From the IMG/VR virus record IMGVR_UViG_3300007770_001284, positions 124,001 through 188,000 of that record: DNA of 64,000 bases; one strand, 5' to 3'. Each line of letters starts with the position of its first letter. Positions within the stretch are counted from its first letter, which is position 1. Shown here piece after piece: positions 57,088-64,000 of this stretch. The notes beneath the pieces are model-generated. The model worked only from the letters and a program-made list of their open reading frames with translations. It did not search any database and was not told the origin of the DNA. The position numbers and the translations under genes are program-made.

Positions 57088-58494
57088 ATGACATCACCAG
57101 CTTTTGCATTGCTTGACTCGGTCCAACCGGGTCAATTCTCCCAATACAACAAGAATTTTCAAGAGAAAATTTTGCAAGGGCTACTATCAGACAAACAATG
57201 GGCAGTACAGATGGTCGAGATTATGCGACCAGATTTTTTTGAGCTCAGGTACCTTGAGTACCTTTGTGAGAAGTACTTTGCGTATTTTTCAGAGTACAGA
57301 TGTTTTCCGACGCAGCTCCTTCTTATAAGCATTATCAAAGATGCGCTGAATGAGGAAGGTGATGTCTTGCTACGGGATCAAATTGTTTCTTACCTTGTGA
57401 GAATGAAGGAAAATCCCAACCCAAATGATCTTGCATATGTTAAAGAAAAGTCTCTTGACTTTTGTAAAAGGCAAGCGTTTAAAGAGGCTCTTGAAGAGTC
57501 GGTTAATTTGATTTCTACAGGTGAGTTCGAGAGCGTAATTACGCTAATGAAGAATGCGGTGTCAATTGGTCTTCCAAACACTGTAGGTCATGATTTTTTT
57601 GAAGATATGGAAGCTAGATTTCAAAAGATTAATCGATGTGTTTGCCCAACAGGGATTTATGAGCTAGACTCGAAAGATATATTGAACGGCGGCTTGGGAA
57701 GAGGAGAAATTGGCGTTGTTACTGCAAATACCGGTGTTGGAAAATCACATTGGCTAGTGGCAATGGGTGCGAACGCAATGCGATGCGGAAAAAATGTACT
57801 TCACTATACATTTGAATTGACAGAGCAAGCTGTTGGCCTGCGATACGACGCAAATCTTTGTAACATATCTGCTTCCAACGTGATAGATGAGAAAGAAGTT
57901 GTTCGAGACTTTTACGAGAAAAATGATGAGCTTGGTAGGTTGATTATAAAAGAATACCCAACTGGGTCAGCGTCGGTTGTTACGATTAAGAACCACATAG
58001 AGAAATTGTCACTTAGAAATTTTAAGCCAAGTGTAATAATCGTAGATTATGCCGACATTATGCGGTCTACACGATCATATGATTCTCTACGTCATGAATT
58101 AAAGCTAATTTACGAGGAGCTTAGAAACCTTGCAATGGAACTGAATATTCCAGTCTGGACAGCCTCACAAGCGAACAGGGATTCTGCGAATTCCGACATT
58201 GTTGGGCTAGAGAACATGTCAGAAGCATACGGGAAAGCTATGGTAGCCGACTTTGTTGTCTCACTCTCTAGAAAGGCAACAGAAAAAGCCTCCGGTTCAG
58301 GCCGTCTATTCATCGCAAAAAATAGGGCCGGAAAAGATGGGATCGTTTTTCCTATTCACATCGACACGGCTCTTTCTAAGATAGCTATATTGGATGAAGA
58401 TGTGTCAACACTCGCAGAAGCTGTTGAAAATGATGAAAAAGAAATAAAAAGCGCGCTTAGAGAAAAATGGAAGTCAATCACCAACATTGGGTAA
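57088..58494 (+). CDS. gp41: DnaB-like replicative helicase (T4 gp41-like)
   Basis: GEIGVVTANTGVGKS; YTFEL; LIIKEYPTG; IIVDYAD; VWTASQANR; IAKNRAG. Confidence 0.93.
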   Translation: MTSPAFALLDSVQPGQFSQYNKNFQEKILQGLLSDKQWAVQMVEIMRPDFFELRYLEYLCEKYFAYFSEYRCFPTQLLLISIIKDALNEEGDVLLRDQIVSYLVRMKENPNPNDLAYVKEKSLDFCKRQAFKEALEESVNLISTGEFESVITLMKNAVSIGLPNTVGHDFFEDMEARFQKINRCVCPTGIYELDSKDILNGGLGRGEIGVVTANTGVGKSHWLVAMGANAMRCGKNVLHYTFELTEQAVGLRYDANLCNISASNVIDEKEVVRDFYEKNDELGRLIIKEYPTGSASVVTIKNHIEKLSLRNFKPSVIIVDYADIMRSTRSYDSLRHELKLIYEELRNLAMELNIPVWTASQANRDSANSDIVGLENMSEAYGKAMVADFVVSLSRKATEKASGSGRLFIAKNRAGKDGIVFPIHIDTALSKIAILDEDVSTLAEAVENDEKEIKSALREKWKSITNIG

Positions 58495-58505
58495 AGGGTA
58501 ATACG

Positions 58506-61019
58506 ATGGCATGTGATTACGAAACTGCGATAAAAGAGTCACTAGAATTTTTTGAAGGTGATGAATTAGCTGCTAACGTTGTGGTCACTAAATACCTTCT
58601 AACGGATGCTGACGGAAATTATCTTGAATCATCCCCAGCCCAAATGCATGCTCGACTAGCGACGGAATTTCATAGAATCGAATCAAAATATGAAAACCCA
58701 TTGACATATGATGAAATTTACGAACTGCTGGATGGTTTTAGTCAGGTAGTCCCACAAGGTTCCCCAATGGCGGGAATCGGGAATGATTGTAAGCTACAGT
58801 CTATATCTAATTGTTTCGTTATTCCCGCTCCAGAAGACAGTTACGGCGGAATTCTCTCCACAGATCAGCGACTAGTCCAAATTGCTAAGCGTAGAGGAGG
58901 GGTTGGGTTTGATATAAGCACAATTCGCCCGAAGGGCCTATCTACTGCGAATGCTGCAAAAACCACTGATGGAATCGAGGTTTTTATGGATCGTTTTTCA
59001 AACTCATGCCGGGAAGTTGCTCAAGGCGGCCGTCGGGGTGCTTTAATGTTAACGATATCAGTCCATCATCCCCAGATTAGGGATTTTATAAAGATCAAGC
59101 AAGATTTAACTCGTGTGACCGGCGCAAATATTTCTGTAAGAATTTCTGACGAGTTTATGAGTGCCGTACGTGATAATTCAACTGTGCATTTACGTTGGCC
59201 TGTAGACTCTAAAAAGCCGGAAATTTCTGAGTATGTGAATGCTTCAGAATTGTGGCATGAGATTATTGAGAGTGCACATGCAACAGCTGAGCCGGGGTTA
59301 TTATTCTGGGACACTGCAAAAAAGATGACCCCAGCCGACATCTATAAAGATGAAGGGTTTAGTTCATCTTCGACGAACCCATGCGGCGAAATTATCTTGT
59401 CTCCGTATGACAGTTGTCGATTGATGCTTATTAATTTGACAAGCTTTGTACAAAACAAATGGCAAAAATCGTCAAAATTTGATTTTGAAGGTTTTGGAAA
59501 TGCTGTCCAAAAAGCGCAACGCTTGATGGACGATATGGTTGATTTGGAAATTGAGCAAGTTGAAAAAATTATTGCAAAAATTGATGGTGATCCAGAGTCT
59601 GCTGAAGTCAAGCAAATCGAAAAAAGCTTGTGGCAAAATATCAAGACAATGGCACAGCAGGGCCGACGAACCGGGCTTGGTATAACGGGCTTGGGAGATG
59701 TATTAGCGATGCTTGGTCATCGTTATGGAAGCAAGAAGAGTATTAAGGTTACAGAAGAGATTTATAAGGGCCTCGCCGTAAATTCATATTATTCGTCAGC
59801 TGTTTTGGCAAAAGAGCGAGGTGCTTTTCCCGTCCACGACCATGCTAAAGAAGATGGTCATCCATTTCTAGAGAGAATTTGGAAAGAAAAGCCTGAGATT
59901 AAGAAGTTGAATGAACAGTTCGGTCGTAGAAATATTTCCCTGACTACAACAGCACCGGCCGGATCAGTCTCAGTGTTAACACAAACGACATCTGGGATCG
60001 AGCCAGCTTACATGCTTCATTATACCCGTAGAAAAAAGATAACGGGCCAGGATGAGGATGCTCAAGTTGATTTTATTGATGATAGCGGTGACAAGTGGCA
60101 AGAATATGCAGTTTATCATCATGGCTTTAGGCAGTGGATGAATGCCACCAATGTCGATGGCGGTACAACTATGGACAATGAAAAGCTTGTTGCAATGAGC
60201 CCGTACGCCGGCTCAACAGCAGCAGAAATTGATTGGGTGGCGAAAGTAAAGATGCAGGCCGCCGCACAAAAATGGGTTTGCCACGCCATTTCAAATACTA
60301 CAAATTTACCTGCAGATGCAGATGTTGAAACAGTTAAGAACGTTTACATGACAGGATGGGAATCTGGATGTAAAGGAGTGACAGTTTATAGAGACGGTTG
60401 TCGAGCCGGCGTTCTTGTTGCTGCTGAGGAGGAGGACGTGTCCGCTCGTGATAGCGAGAGGATTATTACGCGGTCTGCCCCGAGACGTCCCATCTTACTT
60501 GAGTGTGATATCCATCAAGCCACTATTAAGGGTGAAGAATGGACAGTGATGGTGGGTCTCATGGAAGGTACGCCCTATGAGGTCATTGGCGGATTGTCTG
60601 AGTACATTGAAATTCCTCGTCGATATGAGCGCGGGAAAATAAGGAGACGCGCTCGGAAATCTATGCCATCGAAATATGACTTAATATTCGGCGAAAATGG
60701 TAACGAAATAGCTATAAAAGATATTGTGAAAGTCTTTGACAACCCCAACCACTCAGCGTTTACTAGAACCATTTCTCTTGCTCTACGCCACGGCGTTCCC
60801 ACCCAGTATCTGGTTGAACAATTATTGAAGGATAGAGACGCTGATCTTTTTTGCTTTTCAAAAGTTATTGCAAGATGCCTTAAAAAGTACATCGCAGACG
60901 GCACAAAAGTAAGCAATGGCGTCCTTGATTGTGAGTGTGAGGTTCCCGAATATAGCAACATTGTGTATCAGGAAGGGTGTGCAACTTGTCTTACCTGTGG
61001 CACCGCGAAGTGTGGATGA
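58506..61019 (+). CDS. nrdJ: class II (adenosylcobalamin-dependent) ribonucleotide reductase
   Basis: ISNCFV; RRGGGVG; QGGRRGA; TNPCGEI; TAPAGSVS; GCKGVTVYRDG (no class-I YY pair). C-terminal TSCPD-like/Zn-ribbon CATCLTCG. No nrdB nearby. Confidence 0.92.
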   Translation: MACDYETAIKESLEFFEGDELAANVVVTKYLLTDADGNYLESSPAQMHARLATEFHRIESKYENPLTYDEIYELLDGFSQVVPQGSPMAGIGNDCKLQSISNCFVIPAPEDSYGGILSTDQRLVQIAKRRGGVGFDISTIRPKGLSTANAAKTTDGIEVFMDRFSNSCREVAQGGRRGALMLTISVHHPQIRDFIKIKQDLTRVTGANISVRISDEFMSAVRDNSTVHLRWPVDSKKPEISEYVNASELWHEIIESAHATAEPGLLFWDTAKKMTPADIYKDEGFSSSSTNPCGEIILSPYDSCRLMLINLTSFVQNKWQKSSKFDFEGFGNAVQKAQRLMDDMVDLEIEQVEKIIAKIDGDPESAEVKQIEKSLWQNIKTMAQQGRRTGLGITGLGDVLAMLGHRYGSKKSIKVTEEIYKGLAVNSYYSSAVLAKERGAFPVHDHAKEDGHPFLERIWKEKPEIKKLNEQFGRRNISLTTTAPAGSVSVLTQTTSGIEPAYMLHYTRRKKITGQDEDAQVDFIDDSGDKWQEYAVYHHGFRQWMNATNVDGGTTMDNEKLVAMSPYAGSTAAEIDWVAKVKMQAAAQKWVCHAISNTTNLPADADVETVKNVYMTGWESGCKGVTVYRDGCRAGVLVAAEEEDVSARDSERIITRSAPRRPILLECDIHQATIKGEEWTVMVGLMEGTPYEVIGGLSEYIEIPRRYERGKIRRRARKSMPSKYDLIFGENGNEIAIKDIVKVFDNPNHSAFTRTISLALRHGVPTQYLVEQLLKDRDADLFCFSKVIARCLKKYIADGTKVSNGVLDCECEVPEYSNIVYQEGCATCLTCGTAKCG

Positions 61020-61026
61020 ATATTTA
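61020..61026 (+). promoter_or_regulatory. ATADTTA motif (putative late promoter element)
   Basis: ATATTTA, only 5 nt before the iscU ATG. Confidence 0.3.
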
Positions 61027-61031
61027 GGGTT

Positions 61032-61418
61032 ATGGCGTATTCAGACAAAGTTATAGATCATTTTGACAACCCACGAAACATAGGTTCGCTGGACAAAGAT
61101 GCTTTCGATGTGGGTACAGGAATCGTCGGCGCCCCAGAATGTGGGGATGTAATGAAACTGCAATTAAAAATTAGTAATAACGGTGTTATTGAAGATGCAA
61201 AATTTAAAACATTTGGTTGCGGATCTGCAATAGCGTCTAGTAGTTTGGTTACAGAGTGGGTAAAGGGAAAGAGCATCGAGGATGCTAATAAAATTAAGAA
61301 TTCTGAAATAGCTCTAGAGCTTTGTTTACCACCAGTTAAAATTCACTGCTCTGTATTGGCTGAAGATGCCATTAAAGCTGCGATTAAAGACTATAGAGAC
61401 AAGTATGACAAGGAATGA
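61032..61418 (+). CDS. iscU: Fe-S cluster scaffold IscU
   Basis: MAYSDKVIDHFDNPRN; GAPECGDVM; FKTFGCGSAIASSS; LPPVKIHCSVLAEDA. Confidence 0.97.
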   Translation: MAYSDKVIDHFDNPRNIGSLDKDAFDVGTGIVGAPECGDVMKLQLKISNNGVIEDAKFKTFGCGSAIASSSLVTEWVKGKSIEDANKIKNSEIALELCLPPVKIHCSVLAEDAIKAAIKDYRDKYDKE

Positions 61419-61668
61419 AATAGAAGAGTTTATTGCCGCCGATATAAATCCAGCTCTTGAAATGCATGGTGGTTATCTTTCGATAGAGGGTTATAACGAA
61501 GATGATAAGATTCTTCATGTTGTAATGGGTGGTGGCTGTCAAGGGTGCGCATCTTCTAGCATAACGTTGAAATTACAAATAGAAGCTACACTTAAAGAAC
61601 AATTTCCAGAGCTAACTCAGGTCATAGATACAACAGATCACACTTCCGGTATAAATCCGTACTATTAG
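61405..61668 (+). CDS. Nfu/NifU-C-terminal Fe-S carrier domain protein
   Basis: INPALEMHGG...MGGGCQGCASSSITLK...IE...D.TDH..G.NPYY. The ATG at 61405 overlaps the end of iscU. Confidence 0.92.
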   Translation: MTRNEIEEFIAADINPALEMHGGYLSIEGYNEDDKILHVVMGGGCQGCASSSITLKLQIEATLKEQFPELTQVIDTTDHTSGINPYY

Positions 61669-61679
61669 GTTAACACAAC

Positions 61680-62012
61680 ATGGCAATTACGATGACAGAT
61701 TTTGCGATTGATCGAATTTCATCATTGATTGTAAGAAATCAAATGACGGTTGAAGAAGCTTATTTAAAGATCGGCCTCCGCGGGGGTGGTTGTTCTGGCT
61801 ATTCTTATTCATTTGATTTCGTTACAGAGCCTGACGAACATGATAAGGTGCTTGATTTCGATTCAGTGAAGATTTGCATTGACAAAAAGTCTTATCTGTT
61901 TTTGAACGGGACGGAAATTGATTACGAAGAAACACCGTTTAAGTCTGGAATAAAATTAAATAACCCGCTTGTAACCAGAACCTGTGGCTGCGGCGAATCG
62001 GTCGCGTTTTAG
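61680..62012 (+). CDS. iscA: A-type Fe-S carrier IscA/HesB
   Basis: GLRGGGCSGYSY; DKKSYLFLNGTEIDY; NP...TCGCGES. Confidence 0.95.
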   Translation: MAITMTDFAIDRISSLIVRNQMTVEEAYLKIGLRGGGCSGYSYSFDFVTEPDEHDKVLDFDSVKICIDKKSYLFLNGTEIDYEETPFKSGIKLNNPLVTRTCGCGESVAF

Positions 62013-62020
62013 GAGAGAAA

Positions 62021-62623
62021 GTGCATTGGACATCAGAAATTGATAACAAGATAGAGAAAGTTGAGTTACGAAAAAGCCCGCTCATTGTGAGAGTCAACAA
62101 ATTCGATGAAGAATCCGCTAAGAAATTTAGCGATGAGATGGCTTTGGCTCACAATACAGGACAAGACATTATTCCAGTGGTCATTGATTCCTACGGTGGC
62201 CAAGTTTATAGTCTTATGGCAATGATAAGTGCGATTAAGCATTCAGAGCTTCCGGTAGCGACGATTGTTGAGGGAAAAGCAATGTCATGTGGCGCTATTT
62301 TGTTTTCTTTCGGTGAACAAGGCCGCAGGTTCATGGACCCAGACGCGACTTTAATGATTCATGACGTTTCTTCAATGGACATGGGGAAAGTGGAAGAGCT
62401 AAAGGCTGGTGCCAAGGAAGCTGATCGGTTAAATGAAATTGTTTATAAGATGATGGCGCAAAACTGCGGAAAAGCAGATGATTATTTTATGCACATTGTT
62501 GATAAAAAGAAACATGCTGACTGGTTCTTAGATGCAAAGCAGGCGAAGCGGCATGGGTTAGCAAATCAGCTCCGTGTTCCAAAGTTAAGCATAAAAGTTA
62601 CTGTTGACATTGATTTTGAATAA
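62021..62623 (+). CDS. clpP: ClpP-family serine protease
   Basis: IDSYGGQV; GKAMSCGA (Ser); LMIHDVS (His); DWFLDAKQAKRHGL (Asp). Confidence 0.88.
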   Translation: MHWTSEIDNKIEKVELRKSPLIVRVNKFDEESAKKFSDEMALAHNTGQDIIPVVIDSYGGQVYSLMAMISAIKHSELPVATIVEGKAMSCGAILFSFGEQGRRFMDPDATLMIHDVSSMDMGKVEELKAGAKEADRLNEIVYKMMAQNCGKADDYFMHIVDKKKHADWFLDAKQAKRHGLANQLRVPKLSIKVTVDIDFE

Positions 62624-63036
62624 TGCTAGCTTACAGAACCAGGCGACTGGTAAAAACAGAAGACTTAAATTCAAGGGGAACTTTGTTCGGTGGTCGACTC
62701 CTGGAGTGGATTGATGAAGAGGCTTCGATTTTTTGCTTTTGTCAATTAGGGACTAGAAATATCGTAACAGTTCACATGTCAGAGATCAATTTTAGACACC
62801 CTGCAAAATTGGGTGATGTTATTGAATTCGGTACTGACATGGTTTCATTTGGCAACTCTTCCATAACACTTAAAATGATTGTAAGGAATAAGAGAACAAA
62901 GAAGACTCTTTTATCTGTTGAGAAGATTGTATTTGTGGCTTTGAATGAATTTGGTGAACCAGCGCCGCATGGAGTAACGAAATTTTCAGAACGAGGTAGA
63001 TGGAAACAACTTAAAAAAGGGAACGAAGATGGATAA
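62623..63036 (+). CDS. hot-dog-fold acyl-CoA thioesterase
   Basis: VKTEDLNSRGTLFGGRLLEWIDEEA; SEINFRHPAKLGDVIEF; IVFVALNEFGEP. Confidence 0.9.
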   Translation: MLAYRTRRLVKTEDLNSRGTLFGGRLLEWIDEEASIFCFCQLGTRNIVTVHMSEINFRHPAKLGDVIEFGTDMVSFGNSSITLKMIVRNKRTKKTLLSVEKIVFVALNEFGEPAPHGVTKFSERGRWKQLKKGNEDG

Positions 63037-63979
63037 AGACTTTTATAATAGTTCAAGTGCGGCAAAGCTGGGGTGGGAACCATCGTGGTTCGGCTGTGAT
63101 GAGTTCGATATTGATCTTGTGAAAGCAGTCAAGAAGTGGCAACGCGGTAACGGACTGACAGCAGACGGTCTTGTTGGCCCCATGACATATCGTAGAGTGT
63201 GGACAGAAAGAGAAGCAAGCATTTCTGACTGGATGGATACTCTTCCGTTAAAGAAAAGTTATAGACAAGGCGAAAAATATATTGTTCATAATGGTCATTT
63301 TATCCCTATAGAGTGGGATAATGTAATTTTATGGGACGAACCCAGTGGCCATAAGTCTAAGAAGGGATGTTACACAGATTATTCTGGGAGAGAAGATAGG
63401 GCTCCTACGTTTTTTGTTAATCATTGGGACGTGTGCCTAAGCGCAGATAGCTGCGCGAAAGTCTTGAATAAGCGCGGTATCTCTGTGCATTTTTTAATTG
63501 ATAATGATGGAACGATTTTTCAAATGCTGGATACGCAACACAAGGCATGGCACGCTGGTATACCGAATGGTGTCGGGGGAAATTCAAAAGGGATTGGTGT
63601 GGAAATTTCGAATGCTTATTATACAAAGTACCAAGACTGGTATGTTAAGCATGGCTATGGCGAACGGCCCATTCAAGAGCATGGTTACGTTCATGGCTCC
63701 ACGCGGGAGCCATTTCTAGATTTCTATCCAATCCAACTTGAGGCTTTAAAGGCGCTATGGAAGGCTGTCCACGTCGGGTTAGGCATTCCACTGGAGTATC
63801 CGAAAAATTCGTCGGGGCATATCGAGACCAGCGTGCATAAAGAATGTGTACGAGGAAAATTTCAGGGATTCTGTAATCACTACAATTTTATTAGAACAAA
63901 AATTGATTGCGCTGGCCTGGATCTTCCCGCTCTTTTAGAGGAAGTTAAAAAAACGCCGATGTACTGTTTAGATAAATAG
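63029..63979 (+). CDS. endolysin: peptidoglycan-binding domain + N-acetylmuramoyl-L-alanine amidase
   Basis: VKAVKKWQRGNGLTADGLVGPMT (PG-binding-1). Amidase_2 motifs VNHWD, SVHFLID, AWHAG, IGVEISN and NHYNF...KIDC. Confidence 0.88.
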   Translation: MDKDFYNSSSAAKLGWEPSWFGCDEFDIDLVKAVKKWQRGNGLTADGLVGPMTYRRVWTEREASISDWMDTLPLKKSYRQGEKYIVHNGHFIPIEWDNVILWDEPSGHKSKKGCYTDYSGREDRAPTFFVNHWDVCLSADSCAKVLNKRGISVHFLIDNDGTIFQMLDTQHKAWHAGIPNGVGGNSKGIGVEISNAYYTKYQDWYVKHGYGERPIQEHGYVHGSTREPFLDFYPIQLEALKALWKAVHVGLGIPLEYPKNSSGHIETSVHKECVRGKFQGFCNHYNFIRTKIDCAGLDLPALLEEVKKTPMYCLDK

Positions 63980-64000
63980 CATATAATTGGTGTCATCAGG

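Noticed and set aside
16495-61019. Inteins or group I introns in terminase, RecA, helicase or RNR (common insertion targets)
   Set aside because: Protein lengths are ordinary, motifs are contiguous, and no C/S...HN-C/S/T splice junctions or homing endonuclease ORFs were seen.
62021-62623. ClpP as the capsid maturation protease
   Set aside because: A canonical gp21-type prohead protease sits in the head module, and this ClpP is about 40 kb away among metabolic genes.
1-64000. Alternative genetic code (stop-codon reassignment seen in some large phages)
   Set aside because: Long conserved genes (terminase, MCP, sheaths, RNR) are uninterrupted in the standard code, and TAA, TAG and TGA all end genes at expected positions.
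1-64000. Minus-strand ORFs in the six-frame track (e.g. 2771-3514, 41376-44174, 19392-19820)
   Set aside because: All lie antisense to strong + strand genes, lack RBS or recognisable motifs, and are explained by the codon bias of Ala/Ser/Gly-rich proteins.
1-64000. tRNA genes, CRISPR arrays, integrase or att sites
   Set aside because: Intergenic gaps are mostly under 120 nt with no cloverleaf or repeat-spacer pattern, and no recombinase/integrase or repressor was seen.

Overview
This window is a 64-kb slice of a large, apparently lytic, contractile-tailed phage genome: a T4-like or jumbo-type myovirus of an environmental lineage. It is not a host chromosome. All ~50 credible genes lie on the + strand, are tightly packed or translationally coupled, and read in the standard genetic code. 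Gene order: (1) distal tail/baseplate-associated proteins with FN3-like, LamG-like and tail-fibre-attachment-like domains (1-11215); (2) RuvC, primase and a fused Mre11/SbcD-Rad50/SbcC nuclease (11212-15878); (3) head module with terminase, portal, prohead protease, six unknowns, scaffold and major capsid (16495-27709); (4) neck proteins, TWO tandem tail sheaths, tube, tail chaperone, tape measure, tube-initiator-like, LysM and hub proteins (27830-51021); (5) replication block with a short family-A polymerase, DEDDh exonuclease, gp32-like SSB, RecA, 5'-3' exonuclease, DnaB-like helicase and class II RNR (51064-61019); (6) auxiliary cassette iscU-nfu-iscA-clpP-thioesterase and an amidase endolysin (61032-63979). 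Most notable observations: a probable programmed +1/-2 frameshift on a U7 run in the tail chaperone; a thumb-truncated Leu762 PolA whose two exonuclease partners are separate genes; a phage Fe-S assembly cassette; duplicated sheaths; a shared putative capsid-targeting helix motif; and two distinct promoter classes. All family assignments come from motifs recognised by eye. No database searches were run.
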